A stretch of DNA of 64,000 bases from a virus, in IMG/VR virus record IMGVR_UViG_3300032213_003144, positions 1-64,000 of that record; one strand, 5' to 3'. Position 1 is the first letter of the stretch. Each line of letters begins with the position of its first letter. The notes under the pieces were generated by a model, which did no database searches, was not told the origin of the DNA, and was given only the letters and a program-made list of their open reading frames with translations. The translations under genes and the position numbers were made by a program. Positions 1 to 10,448 of the stretch are shown one piece after another.

Positions 1-105
1 CCCACCCACCTACCTACCTACCTACCTACCTACCCACCCACCTACCTACCTACCTACCTATCTACCTACCTACCTACCTACCTACCTACCTACCTACCTA
101 CCTCA
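1..105 (+). repeat. (CCTA)n / (CCCA)n tetranucleotide tandem repeat
   Basis: Directly visible: cccacccacctacctacctacc..., about 25 units; the tract may extend beyond the window start. Confidence 0.95.
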
Positions 106-179
106 CCCCATACACACCCCATACACCTCGCATACACATACCCTTTACCAACACCCCACCTAGTAGTACCCTCGCACCT

Positions 180-560
180 ATGAAGGGCACACCTTGTATC
201 CACCACCTATCACCTAGAGCAGACACCATTAGAGGTATCAGGAGACTTCGCCTAATCAACCCACTACACACATACCAACAGGTAGTAGAGGAGTGGCACT
301 ACATAACAACCTTTATGAGTAATGTCTTTAGAGTAATGAGCAAGCAACGCATAGTGAACGACATACTCACACCACAAGTGGATATGAGCGCACTACACAT
401 ACGCACAGAGAAGCAACTAGGTATATACCAGACAGTCGATTACATAAAGACAATGACACCAGAGCAACAACACACAGTAAGTAATGAAATAAAAAGACGA
501 CGCATAAGGGCATACACCACACTCTTACGCACTACCTCAACAAGTGAGTTCTCCAAATGA
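180..560 (+). CDS. hypothetical protein
   Basis: 126-aa ORF overlapping the next gene by ATGA. Confidence 0.6.
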   Translation: MKGTPCIHHLSPRADTIRGIRRLRLINPLHTYQQVVEEWHYITTFMSNVFRVMSKQRIVNDILTPQVDMSALHIRTEKQLGIYQTVDYIKTMTPEQQHTVSNEIKRRRIRAYTTLLRTTSTSEFSK

Positions 561-811
561 GTTCGCATACACACCTACCCAAGTTCGTGATAGCACAGCG
601 CACAGTGTCATATCAGGTAAGTGACCTACTAGCCGATATGAGTAGTGATGAGGTGAGTGTTCTCTCACTTCGTGACCTACTACGCATAGCCAATGAGTTA
701 GCCGTAGTTGAGTTTGGTAGCACGGACTATGTCACCTATACAGATGAAAACGGCATAGACCTAGCGTCAAAGGCGTACTTAGAAGCGTCTTACCCCACAA
801 CCACACCATAA
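557..811 (+). CDS. hypothetical protein
   Basis: 84-aa ORF, translationally coupled to the upstream gene. Confidence 0.65.
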   Translation: MSSHTHLPKFVIAQRTVSYQVSDLLADMSSDEVSVLSLRDLLRIANELAVVEFGSTDYVTYTDENGIDLASKAYLEASYPTTTP

Positions 812-912
812 CCACACAGGGGCAGGGGTAAGACGCCAGAACAGCGTACAGGGGATATCCATATTTCTGGAAAAATGCGTCTAGTCTGATACTCGCCAAC
901 TAGGCTACTGGT

Positions 913-1212
913 ATGACCACACACACATATACAACTACATACAACCAAGAACGAGGTGCTTACCGTAAGGGGGCACTGATACAAGCCAGAGTTATCCCAG
1001 AGCGTATGAGCGCCTACGGAATTCGTACCGAGTGGGCAGTGTCGCTTACCGTAGCCTCACCAACAGGTGACAGTTCAGACTTCATTGACCTACCTATTCC
1101 TTGTCTCTCACTTTCTCAAGCGTGTGATATCGCAGATGACTACAACAGTGGATTATCGCCAGAGTTGGTAGGACACTTTCACGCTTTGTACAGAGAGCAA
1201 GGTGCTTTGTGA
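913..1212 (+). CDS. hypothetical protein (probably leaderless)
   Basis: ATG 6 nt after the TAGGCT -10 of the conserved promoter at 877-906. Confidence 0.7.
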   Translation: MTTHTYTTTYNQERGAYRKGALIQARVIPERMSAYGIRTEWAVSLTVASPTGDSSDFIDLPIPCLSLSQACDIADDYNSGLSPELVGHFHALYREQGAL

Positions 1213-1745
1213 CAGTCGCAAAGAGCGCACGGGTGTACTCGGGTAACCTACTCATACTTGAGAACGCAGTTCGTGTCGCAGGTATGACGAACGATATAAG
1301 TAGAATTGACCTAGCGTTGAGAGGCTTTCTCCCAGAGAAAGTAAAGAGGTCTGCCTATCGTAGAGAGTTAGTCGCAGGTGAGTGGCAAGAGAACACCTCA
1401 ACCTCACACGCAATATCTGACAGTCGGCGCTTGTATCCAGATGAGTGGAGTGATGACCTAGAGGTATTCACTTCCAGATACGAAACCAGACTTTCGTACA
1501 TAATCGGCAGGTGCTACGGTTTCACCTTTGCCAACAACACAGACACACACAACTCATACAGCAGTGAGGTTCTCTCGCTACTAGTGTCCTCACTCAAGAC
1601 ACAGCCAGAAGAAATACATAGTTCTTTCGGTCTCGGTGTTGTTACGGGTAGAGACGACAAGAACAAGAGAAACGAATACCAGAAGCAAGAGAGACTAGAT
1701 ACCCTTGTGTCTATCCACCACCCAGTGATGTCGGACTTTGAGTAA
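1209..1745 (+). CDS. hypothetical protein
   Basis: 178-aa ORF, GTGA overlap with the upstream gene. Confidence 0.65.
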   Translation: MTVAKSARVYSGNLLILENAVRVAGMTNDISRIDLALRGFLPEKVKRSAYRRELVAGEWQENTSTSHAISDSRRLYPDEWSDDLEVFTSRYETRLSYIIGRCYGFTFANNTDTHNSYSSEVLSLLVSSLKTQPEEIHSSFGLGVVTGRDDKNKRNEYQKQERLDTLVSIHHPVMSDFE

Positions 1746-2148
1746 TCTTCGCACTTGTTCTGGGTGTGGAGAGCAGTGTGCTTGTACACAGCAGGAAAAC
1801 TACCCAGATAATGGGTGGGTCTTACCCTTTGATACTTTCGGTTACTACGGGGGCTTTGATGACAATGTTGATGTCCTACTCACTGATGTCCCGAGTAGGC
1901 AATGGGTACTGTGTCACGACTGTGTAGTCAAGTTTCTTACTTTATTTCCTCGCTTACGGGATACTTTCAGCAAAGGTCTACACCTATGCGAGAGCGAGAC
2001 ACCTTGCTGTGAGTGGGCGTGGCGTGGGACTGACAGGTTCGGCGAGTATGAAACCAATGAGAGTGGTGAACTTGTACCTGCCAGTGGAGCGCACTACCAA
2101 GTAGTCGAGAACGGCTTATGGGTAGACGCCAAACAAAACAATGAGTGA
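1738..2148 (+). CDS. Cys-rich putative metal-binding protein
   Basis: CSGC, CHDC and CxxxxxCC motifs. Confidence 0.65.
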   Translation: MSNLRTCSGCGEQCACTQQENYPDNGWVLPFDTFGYYGGFDDNVDVLLTDVPSRQWVLCHDCVVKFLTLFPRLRDTFSKGLHLCESETPCCEWAWRGTDRFGEYETNESGELVPASGAHYQVVENGLWVDAKQNNE

Positions 2149-2341
2149 CCACTACGTAAAGCCGTATCTCTACGACCAGACAGATGATGTCATAGCCAGA
2201 TACGAAGCGATAGCCCTTGAGCGAATAGCGCAGTTAGCGTCAGCAGAGGGTCAGAGCCACTTTGATTATATCCAGACTGCCTTTGACCTTATTCACGCAG
2301 TTGCTAACGAAGTGTGGCTTAGCGAGATTACTTACGAATAG
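2141..2341 (+). CDS. hypothetical protein
   Basis: 66 aa; its TAG stop lies in a variant 13-bp box (GAATAGATAACT). Confidence 0.65.
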   Translation: MSDHYVKPYLYDQTDDVIARYEAIALERIAQLASAEGQSHFDYIQTAFDLIHAVANEVWLSEITYE

Positions 2342-2403
2342 ATAACTTTTTCGAGAAAGCCGGGGCTCCTCACCACCCAACCACAGGTGTATCCAGTTAT
2401 CTA

Positions 2404-2610
2404 TTAGATAACTATTTGTCCGACACTCACTGTGTAAATAATTCCACCCTGAACAATGTAGGCGTATTCCTTTTCAGTTCCTTGATACTCAATGAAGGTT
2501 GCCTCAACCGTTCCAGTTGTGTGTCGTTTTCCTTTTCCGTTATCAGTTATGTATCCGAACGATACGGGTATCTGGACAGTCGTTCCCTGTTTTATTTCTG
2601 TTCTGTTCAT
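2404..2610 (-). CDS. hypothetical protein (small beta-rich)
   Basis: Last gene of a coupled minus-strand operon; stop lies in the 13-bp box. Confidence 0.65.
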   Translation of the reverse strand: MNRTEIKQGTTVQIPVSFGYITDNGKGKRHTTGTVEATFIEYQGTEKEYAYIVQGGIIYTVSVGQIVI

Positions 2611-2810
2611 ATGTATCTCGGCTCACCGTGTGGTGGGCAGTCCTCGTACGGGTTCTCATTACCCTCGTTGTCCTCGCACGAACAAAAGCCGAATAGGGCT
2701 ACTTGTGTTTCGTGTGTGAGTTCAGCCATATCGTCATAAGACGGTGAACCACCGAGTTGGTCAATGACAACACTCCAGAAGTCCACAAATAGTTTCTCTT
2801 GTGTGTTCAT
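2607..2810 (-). CDS. hypothetical protein
   Basis: Coupled to neighbouring genes. Confidence 0.65.
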   Translation of the reverse strand: MNTQEKLFVDFWSVVIDQLGGSPSYDDMAELTHETQVALFGFCSCEDNEGNENPYEDCPPHGEPRYI

Positions 2811-3142
2811 TACTTACAGTCCTCTATCATCTGTCCACCATCAGTTAGGCGAAGTTCACAACTGTTATGGGTAGGTAGGTAGATGGTGTCTCCAATGGTG
2901 AGTGTCGTGCCGTATGTCTTTACAAGCCTGTCCACTGCTTCCATAAAGTTCCCGTCACAATTCATACGGGCTATCCAGTAAAGCGTGTCTCCCTCTTGGA
3001 TTTCTACGGGTGCGCCAGTACAAAAGAACTCTGCGTCTCTCTCTGACTGGTTCTGTATGTATGTAAAACTAACAAGCGATACGAAAATAACCAGAACCGT
3101 AATGAGTACGGCTTTGACTGTTCTATAAGTTGCTTCGTTCAT
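2810..3142 (-). CDS. membrane-anchored LysM-domain protein (YneA/ChiZ-like architecture)
   Basis: N-terminal TM helix, then VEIQEGDTLYWIA...LTIGDTIYLP LysM signature. Confidence 0.75.
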   Translation of the reverse strand: MNEATYRTVKAVLITVLVIFVSLVSFTYIQNQSERDAEFFCTGAPVEIQEGDTLYWIARMNCDGNFMEAVDRLVKTYGTTLTIGDTIYLPTHNSCELRLTDGGQMIEDCK

Positions 3143-3170
3143 TTCTGTTCTCCCTTTGTTGAGTTATCTA

Positions 3171-3392
3171 TTAGTAGTGGTCACGGGTTAGTTGGTCGTG
3201 TACTGCGTCATCTTTCATCTGTTCCTCAAGGCTCGTAATCTTTTGAGTGAGAGACAGGTGTCTGTTGTTTAGACCCTCAAGTTTTTCTGTTTTTGTTTGT
3301 GTGTCTGGGCGTGAGTTCCAGTACACAAGTTCGGACTCTGTCTGGGCGATAGCCAGTAGGCAGATTTCGTAAGTTTTAGTAAGTGTGGTCAT
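3171..3392 (-). CDS. hypothetical coiled-coil protein
   Basis: 73-aa ORF; stop overlaps the 13-bp box. Confidence 0.65.
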   Translation of the reverse strand: MTTLTKTYEICLLAIAQTESELVYWNSRPDTQTKTEKLEGLNNRHLSLTQKITSLEEQMKDDAVHDQLTRDHY

Positions 3393-3651
3393 ATCTATAT
3401 TCTAGGGAACACCTGACAAGAAGTAAAGCATTTGATGAAAGTTCTCACGGGTTGCTAGTTAGCAAGTCTTGCGAATTAGAACTTATCGGAAGCCCCCCGT
3501 GTGATGGCCATAAAAGCACACAGGGGAAGCCCCGGCTTTTCCCCTGTGTGCTTGGGCGTGTGTGAGTTATCTATCAGGGAACTGGCGCACCCTTCGGGCT
3601 TGCCCTCAAAGTGGGGGGGTGGGTTTGGGGAGAGAACTCTCCCCTCGCCCG

Positions 3652-4050
3652 TCAGTAGCCCAAGACATTTTCGGCTGGAGTGCCTTCAGGGATGTACCCT
3701 GCGACCCACTCTCGGTTGAGACCACAGTCTGTCAGGAACTCGGCGAACTCGCTTGCCGATGTGTCACGCCAAGAGCCTGCGAGAGCCTCAACCATGCCGA
3801 ACGCAATCTGTGCGATGTGGAAGTGTGCGTCTCGGGAAATGGTGTCGTTCCAGTCGGACTCGGGTGTGTCCTTCTCCCAAGGGAAACCGCAGCGACCCTC
3901 GGTTGCGTCACGGTAGTCCTCGTAGTCAAGGCTGTCACGGCGCAACGCTTCGGTCTCGTAGTCGTGGTACGGCTCGGACATCAGACGCACCATGCGAGCG
4001 TGCGCCTGAATTGATTTGGCAACAATGGATTTTGCTTCATTGAGGTTCAT
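3652..4050 (-). CDS. hypothetical protein
   Basis: Start re-assigned to MNLNEAK, after an AAGGGA RBS and the promoter at 4081-4110. Confidence 0.7.
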   Translation of the reverse strand: MNLNEAKSIVAKSIQAHARMVRLMSEPYHDYETEALRRDSLDYEDYRDATEGRCGFPWEKDTPESDWNDTISRDAHFHIAQIAFGMVEALAGSWRDTSASEFAEFLTDCGLNREWVAGYIPEGTPAENVLGY

Positions 4051-4340
4051 GGTTTTCCCTTCGGTGTGTGGTGTGACATCAGCGTATCGGAAAGGGTACA
4101 GGCTTGACGAGTTATCTATTAGAGAAGGTCGGGTGCGTTTGAGTTTGGCCACAGAGAAACATCTGGGCTTTTGCGAAACATCTGGGCTTTTTATCGGAAG
4201 CCCCCCGTGACCAGAGCAGGTCAAAACATCGGGAAGCCCCGGCTAAAACTCGAAAAAAAAATGAAAGAAAACTGGCGCACCCAACGAAATGAGTTGGGCT
4301 TGCCCTCGGGGGGGGAGGGCAAGCACCAGTTATCTATTAG

Positions 4341-4691
4341 TCACTCCCAACTGATGAAGCCAGTATCTGGGTCGGTGTAGTTCGGAGCAGAGTGGTCTAC
4401 TGCGACTTCACTGAAACCCATCGGCTCGACACGGTACAACTTCACACCAATTCGGATTTCGTCACCAACACTCAACGCCGTGTGTGTCCGGTACGAAGCG
4501 AGTTGTGGCTCGATTTGTTCCCAGAGACGACCGGTGTACATGTTGGTCGCCATGAAAATCGCCTCGCAGATTGCGTCATGATTTTCCTCTGATGTGTCAA
4601 TGTCTCCGAAAAAGAGCGTGACGCTCGAGTGGAAACGTCCGGCGTCTTTGTCCTCCGGAAAAGCCTTCCAGTAAATCGTTCCTGTGTTCAT
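4341..4691 (-). CDS. YodL-like domain protein
   Basis: C-terminal TALSVGDEI...YRVEPMGF resembles the YodL SLSVxD...GF motif; promoter at 4723-4752. Confidence 0.55.
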   Translation of the reverse strand: MNTGTIYWKAFPEDKDAGRFHSSVTLFFGDIDTSEENHDAICEAIFMATNMYTGRLWEQIEPQLASYRTHTALSVGDEIRIGVKLYRVEPMGFSEVAVDHSAPNYTDPDTGFISWE

Positions 4692-4900
4692 GTGATGTCC
4701 CTTCGTTGTGTGGTGTACCACCACCATATCGGGAGCGTTACAGACTAGCCAGAGTTATCTATTAGTAAATCGAAAAAACGAGAATTTGTTATCGGAAGCC
4801 CCCCATCTGCCACAAAAAACCAGACCTACACAGACAGCCCCGCTCTACCTATAAGCTGTATTAGATAAATCTATCTAGAAGGTAAGTGAGAGGACAGACT

Positions 4901-5923
4901 ATGGCACACGGGTTAGAGATAACAGCAGATGGGGTAGCCCGTATGGCGTACTCCAATAGAGAGATACCGTGGCACAGGCTTGGGGTATCAATGAACGGGT
5001 TGCAGACAGTGGAAGCAATGCTTCAGGCTGCGAAGGCTGACTTCGACGTGGTTACAACACGGGTTGCTGTGTGTGACGATAACGGTGAGCCAATTAGAAA
5101 CCCAGACAATTCGCCAGTGCTCATCAATGACAGTCGCGCGACCGTACGGGTGAACAGCGACGGCACATTTGACGGGCTATCTACGGTTGGAACTCGCTAC
5201 GTAGTCCAACAGAACAAAGAGTGCATGGACTATGCGCTTGCGATAGTCGGCGCTAGCAAGGGTGACGCAGTAGTGGATACCTGTGGCGTTCTGAACGAGG
5301 GGCGTGAGTTTTTCGCCTCGCTCGACTTGGGCTCGCTAATCATTGACCCAATGGGCATAAACGACAGCATTGAGCGTTATCTATTAGTGAGAAACGGGCA
5401 CGACGGCAAGACGCCGATTACCTTCGCAAATACTTCTATTCGTGCCGTATGTAAGAACACGGTAATCGCTGGTATGAAAACTGCGAAGCGTGTGTTTACT
5501 GCTCGTCACACTAGAAACGTTGAGAGCGCAATAGAGCAGGCGAACGAGGTTCTCAATATCTCTAATGTCTGGGCTGCAGAATTTACAAGAACAGCAGAGA
5601 AACTTCTTTCGGTGAAAGTTGCACCTGGAACAAAGATATTCGGCGACGTGCTTGACGCTGTATTTCCTCTGGAGAGTGGCTCTACGTCAAGACAAAAGAA
5701 AAATAGAGATAATGTCTTGTCTCTTGTCAAGGGTGTTTATGAAAGTGACAACAATGCAAAGGGCTATGGGTATAACGGTTGGTCAATGCTGAACGCAATT
5801 GGTGAATACCTAGACCACTACCGAGAAGCAACACCGATAGAAAGAGCATTAGCGTCAATGGATAACAACTCTTGGGTAACTCGAGCCAAGATGATAGCTC
5901 AAGACAAACTCTTGTCAGTATAA
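4901..5923 (+). CDS. DUF932 / phage-plasmid-like protein (TIGR03299 type)
   Basis: PWHRLG, RYVVQQN, YLLVRNGHDG, IRAVCKNT and RHT motifs. Confidence 0.85.
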   Translation: MAHGLEITADGVARMAYSNREIPWHRLGVSMNGLQTVEAMLQAAKADFDVVTTRVAVCDDNGEPIRNPDNSPVLINDSRATVRVNSDGTFDGLSTVGTRYVVQQNKECMDYALAIVGASKGDAVVDTCGVLNEGREFFASLDLGSLIIDPMGINDSIERYLLVRNGHDGKTPITFANTSIRAVCKNTVIAGMKTAKRVFTARHTRNVESAIEQANEVLNISNVWAAEFTRTAEKLLSVKVAPGTKIFGDVLDAVFPLESGSTSRQKKNRDNVLSLVKGVYESDNNAKGYGYNGWSMLNAIGEYLDHYREATPIERALASMDNNSWVTRAKMIAQDKLLSV

Positions 5924-5976
5924 AAAGCATTTTCGGTTGTATCATTTATCTATAACCCCCACGAAGTGAGGCAGTA

Positions 5977-6420
5977 GTGAGCGAAGAACACGACGAAGAA
6001 GCATCGGACTTCCCAGATGACTTCTCTGATGACGCGCCAACTAGAGAAGAACTAGCTATTTGGCTTAGTGAGTTTATGTCGCAGTCGCAAAAAGCAACGG
6101 CAATGTACCGTAACCACTTCTGCAACCTACTAGTCGCAAAGCTTCACTACGAATTCGGCACCGAAGGTATGTGTGAACTGATGATGGCTATCGACAAGAG
6201 GGCTGGATGGGTGTCTGACATAATTATCGAGGACAACGATATTCATGATGTTCTATTCCGTGAATATGGTGTATTCGATAATGAAGCAATAATCAAGGCA
6301 CGGATGAGCAGCCAACTTACCGAAATGAATAAGAAAATATGGAGACTTAGAAAGAAGTACTCCAGACTTATCGCCGAAGAAATAGTCGCTGGCGCTAACG
6401 CCAGACACACAGAAGCGTAA
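5977..6420 (+). CDS. hypothetical protein
   Basis: 147-aa ORF with GAGG RBS. Confidence 0.7.
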   Translation: MSEEHDEEASDFPDDFSDDAPTREELAIWLSEFMSQSQKATAMYRNHFCNLLVAKLHYEFGTEGMCELMMAIDKRAGWVSDIIIEDNDIHDVLFREYGVFDNEAIIKARMSSQLTEMNKKIWRLRKKYSRLIAEEIVAGANARHTEA

Positions 6421-8391
6421 TTACCTCTTAGAGGCTCTCTCCATAAGGTTTAGTATCAACTGAACCGCACCCTCTGTCTCGGCGAACTCTCCGCCTTCTA
6501 CTGCAGCGTTTACAACTGACCTTTTGTTATCTATTAGTGTATAAATGTATTCATCTATGGTTCCGCTGGTCAGCATGTATGTAGCGGTCACAGAACCTTT
6601 CTGCCCGAGACGGTGAAGTCTCGAGTAGGTCTGGTCTACGTCTGCGGGTGTCCAGGGAAGTTCTATGAATAGGCACTCCTCGGATGAAGTTAGGGTGTGT
6701 CCTGTCTTTGCTGCCTGTATGGATAGCACGATTACTGGCGCTTCCTCTACCGATAGCGTCTGGAACTTCCTCTTGTTCTCCTCTACTTCCTCAACCTTCA
6801 TGCCACCCTGGATACGCAGACCGCCAAACTTTCTGGCTAGTTCGTCGACCACGTCTCTGTGGTGAGCAGCAACGACGACTTTCTTTCCATTATCTACTCT
6901 TTCTTGTATCCACTCCATGGCTGCTTCCATCTTGGCTTTAGCAGCAAGTCTCCTAAGGACTGATAGTCGTACGAGGTGTTCGTTCGCTTCTGCTCTAATC
7001 ATTGCTGACATAGCAGCGTTGTACGAAGGTAGTCCTTGCTCTATCGCCAATTGACGGGCTCTCTCTGCGATGTACATCAAGATGTCTTCTTCCGCCTTGA
7101 CGTATTCCTTCATTGCCGGCGCTGAACCGTCTACAACTAGTCGGCTATGTACTACGGGTGGTAACTCTGATAAGACTTGGTCCTTGGTTCTACGTATGTA
7201 GCATGCTCCACGTAGTCGTTCGTTTAGTTCGTCGAGGTGTGAGTTGCCACTTAGGTTCCATTGACCGAACCTGTCTTGATACGCTGCGCAATACCTTCGA
7301 TAGAAGCCCCATAGACCACCGAAGTCCTTCAGCCTTCCGAGTATGTCTAACTGACTTGCGTACTCTGCTGGTCTATTGGTTACGGGTGTTCCAGTTAGAC
7401 ACAGTACGGGTGTATTTTTCTTTGTACTTCTGGCTATCTTGACTGCCGCCTTTGTTCTTTGCGCTGTCGATGTCTTACAGTAATGACTTTCGTCAAATAC
7501 GTACGAGCCATGTTCCATTAGTTGGGACTGCCACGCTTGTATGTTGCTGTACCCAACGACAACGACGTCATAAGAGTTCTCGAGTGGGAAAGACTTTCTA
7601 TTGGTTACTGCGCTCACTCGTCTATGCGGTACCCACTTGGATATCTCGTATGACCAGTTCAGCACAAGGCTTGGTGGACAAACGATTACCGCTGGATAGA
7701 TATCTCCCTCACGTGACGACAGATATTCCAACGTTGCTATTGCTTGTATCGTCTTTCCTAATCCCATCTCGTCTGCGATAAACGTTCGTCTCGCGTTCGC
7801 AGCATAAGCAACTCCAGCTTTCTGGTACGGCAATAGTTCTCCGGTCAAACCGGGGACAACGATGTTGGCGTCTGTCGAGCGAGAAGCTTCTATCAGTGTA
7901 TTTATTTCAGTATTTACTCTTTGTAATATTGCTGTCACGCCGGCGTCTACGGGTACATCGAAACCGTTCGCCCACTCGATTACCTGTGTTATCGATGACA
8001 ATGGTGCGCGCCACGAATATCTATCGCCATCCCAGGACACGGCAGGTATCTTCTTTACCGCTGAAATAATTACTCTTTCGTACGGGAACTTCATGTAAAT
8101 CATTTCATCATGAAGTGATACTCGCTTATCCCCCTGTGACGTAATGCTTTTAGGAGCCTGGAATTTGAGTATGTCCGAAGTTATGTCGAACTCGTATTTG
8201 AGAGCGAACTCTCTGGCCGAAGCAATAGATGTTATTGGTACTCTCCAGATACGTGAGACCTTGTCCCACCTAGCTCCCTCGACACGCTTCATCTCGTTGA
8301 CCTGTTCCTGGTCGTACGGGAAGTCAAAGAGGAGCTCTTTCCCATCCAGATACATCTTCATCAGGGAAGTATATTCCAGATGGGTAACCAC
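6421..8391 (-). CDS. SNF2-family (HARP/SMARCAL1-like) helicase
   Basis: ADEMGLGKT, DESH, LTGTP, RRTKDQVLSELP and SRLHRLGQ motifs; two N-terminal HARP-like repeats (FPY...W.....W). Confidence 0.92.
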   Translation of the reverse strand: MVTHLEYTSLMKMYLDGKELLFDFPYDQEQVNEMKRVEGARWDKVSRIWRVPITSIASAREFALKYEFDITSDILKFQAPKSITSQGDKRVSLHDEMIYMKFPYERVIISAVKKIPAVSWDGDRYSWRAPLSSITQVIEWANGFDVPVDAGVTAILQRVNTEINTLIEASRSTDANIVVPGLTGELLPYQKAGVAYAANARRTFIADEMGLGKTIQAIATLEYLSSREGDIYPAVIVCPPSLVLNWSYEISKWVPHRRVSAVTNRKSFPLENSYDVVVVGYSNIQAWQSQLMEHGSYVFDESHYCKTSTAQRTKAAVKIARSTKKNTPVLCLTGTPVTNRPAEYASQLDILGRLKDFGGLWGFYRRYCAAYQDRFGQWNLSGNSHLDELNERLRGACYIRRTKDQVLSELPPVVHSRLVVDGSAPAMKEYVKAEEDILMYIAERARQLAIEQGLPSYNAAMSAMIRAEANEHLVRLSVLRRLAAKAKMEAAMEWIQERVDNGKKVVVAAHHRDVVDELARKFGGLRIQGGMKVEEVEENKRKFQTLSVEEAPVIVLSIQAAKTGHTLTSSEECLFIELPWTPADVDQTYSRLHRLGQKGSVTATYMLTSGTIDEYIYTLIDNKRSVVNAAVEGGEFAETEGAVQLILNLMERASKR

Positions 8392-8517
8392 TGACGGGCC
8401 ACGTACGAGCAGCCATCGAAGGGAAATAAGATGGTTCCCGTAGTGACCCGTCAGCCACCACGTGAGCCACCCTACAGATGCGGCATCAGACTAGCCACGG
8501 GATATCATGTAGTACCT

Positions 8518-8727
8518 ATGACCCAACCTATGTACTCTCTCTTTAAATGTGTTGTATGTGGTTTACCACTGGACCCGTCTAGCTCTAATTCGGAAAGGCT
8601 GGGCGTTGTCTGGCTTAAGTCAAACGGCAGGACGGTTAACCGGGTTGTAGAGGAACTTCACTCATACAAGCATGACTTCTGTAACGACAAGGGGATGACC
8701 GACTATGTGCAAGATGCGCTTTTCTAG
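8518..8727 (+). CDS. small zinc-finger-like protein
   Basis: CVVCG...HDFC; start uncertain. Confidence 0.5.
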   Translation: MTQPMYSLFKCVVCGLPLDPSSSNSERLGVVWLKSNGRTVNRVVEELHSYKHDFCNDKGMTDYVQDALF

Positions 8728-8984
8728 ACTGGCCGGACGGCTGCGAAACATACGGGCAGTTATCTATTGGAAGAAGAACAGTCTTCTCGCCCCACCATGT
8801 GAGTACTGCATATTCGAAGAGACAAAGATGCCTAATGCGCGTGGCCGGATGAAGTACTACCCGGTTTGGATTACATGTACGAATCCACAATGGGGTGGGC
8901 CGGCAAATGAAGGATGTCAGTGGGGAAACGTTTAAGTTATCGGAAGCCCCCCGTTTCCGGTTAGAGCGGGGCTCCGCCCACTTA

Positions 8985-9155
8985 TTAGAGGCTGTCCTCC
9001 AAGTCATCATAGGCTTCTTGGTCAAGAATAAACTCATTTCCCTTTTCATCAAAGTTTTCGAGCAAGAACATTTCGTGATGAATCGAGCACCAAATGAAGT
9101 CGGTGACTAATCGTGTTTTTCCAATGTCGGAGCAGCGTTCGCAGTAAGTTGTCAT
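8985..9155 (-). CDS. small hypothetical protein (56 aa, not in ORF track)
   Basis: Hand translation MTTYCERCSDIGKTRLVTDFIWCSIHHEMFLL..., directly after the promoter at 9162-9191. Confidence 0.65.
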   Translation of the reverse strand: MTTYCERCSDIGKTRLVTDFIWCSIHHEMFLLENFDEKGNEFILDQEAYDDLEDSL

Positions 9156-9350
9156 GCGGCCATCGTATCACTGAAGGTACAGACTAGCCGAGTTATCTAT
9201 TAGAGAAAGACACCCCGGAATCATTTGCGGCCGTTACGCTTAGTTAGCCAACAAATCCACTCTGGGTTGAAGCCCCGGGGGAAACGGTTGACAACGGGGC
9301 TTCTTTCGCACGATGTTCGGCTCTGAGCACGGGGGGCTTCCGATAACCCA

Positions 9351-9510
9351 CTGGTACTCGGTGGTACTCACTGGGAGACACTGACGAACACTGGCACTCT
9401 GTAGCGCTCTGTAGCGCTCGGTGGTGAACACTCACACTCTGTAGCACTCGGTGGTGAACACTCACACTCTGTAGCGCTCTGTGACGGACACTGGTGGACA
9501 CTGACGCTCG
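9351..9510. repeat. degenerate 10-bp-period tandem array
   Basis: 16 decamers such as gtggtgaaca/ctcacactct/gtagcgctct, with a near-perfect 30-bp duplication. Confidence 0.85.
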
Positions 9511-9583
9511 GTGTATTACTAATAGATAACTATTTACCGTGAGAGTGTGACGCGCAGAACGCGCCACACTCTCTAATAGATAA

Positions 9584-9925
9584 CTATTCGGCTAGTGCTT
9601 TGTGGATGTTGCCGACTAGTTCTTGAGCCTGTGAACCACGACCCAGTGAGCGCGTATTAGTGTCAGCGCCAATTTGATTCGCGAGCCAGTACAAAAACTC
9701 AAGGTTATACACTGCTTTTAGTTCTTGTACTACAGAACCATCATCAGCGAATATCGTTCCCTTGTATGTACCGTCAGACTCATGGGTCTGCACTAATCCT
9801 GCCTCGGTCAATTCACTTAGCGTGAAGTGTGGCGCGTAATACTCGGGATAGAACAAAGTATGTCCGTCTCCGATAATTATTTTTGCTTTTATTGCCTCAC
9901 GTACTTTTTCTTTTGTGATGTTCAT
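9584..9925 (-). CDS. hypothetical protein
   Basis: Start MNITKEK after a GAGGGG RBS. Confidence 0.7.
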   Translation of the reverse strand: MNITKEKVREAIKAKIIIGDGHTLFYPEYYAPHFTLSELTEAGLVQTHESDGTYKGTIFADDGSVVQELKAVYNLEFLYWLANQIGADTNTRSLGRGSQAQELVGNIHKALAE

Positions 9926-9984
9926 ATTTTCCCCTCGCTGGTAGTTATCTATTAGTGAATAAAAGTGTTGGTAATCGTGAGCGA

Positions 9985-10332
9985 CTAAAGCCACTCGGCT
10001 AAATCGCCATCCATAATTTCAGATGGGTCTAGTCCGTGTTGCTCTGCTATCGCATCCCATAAATCTTCTTCGGTGAAATTACCTTCGGGCAAGTAGTCGT
10101 AAAATGTTCCCGTCTTTTCGCGTGGCACGATTAGTTCTACTTCTTCATCAAGCGGAAAAGAATCAAAAGTAGGTTCTGCTAGTTGCTCATCTTCATAACC
10201 CTCTACATCAACAACTAATCCCGTAGCGTCAATCTCAACATCGGAAATTACAGTAGTTGTGTAACCGCCCCACTTATCCACGTACTTGATTCGCATACCT
10301 TCTTTTAGGTCTTGGGCTTTTATGGTTGTCAC
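9985..10332 (-). CDS. hypothetical acidic protein
   Basis: GTG after ACCACAACTAACAAGGGAG leader; promoter at 10366-10395. Confidence 0.65.
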   Translation of the reverse strand: MTTIKAQDLKEGMRIKYVDKWGGYTTTVISDVEIDATGLVVDVEGYEDEQLAEPTFDSFPLDEEVELIVPREKTGTFYDYLPEGNFTEEDLWDAIAEQHGLDPSEIMDGDLAEWL

Positions 10333-10448
10333 TTTTTCTCCCTTGTTAGTTGTGGTCATAATCAAATCGTACTAAGCGCGGTACAAACTAGACGCTCTAG
10401 GAATCCCTTATACAGCATGGTGAATAGTTATCTATTAGTAGATAACGC

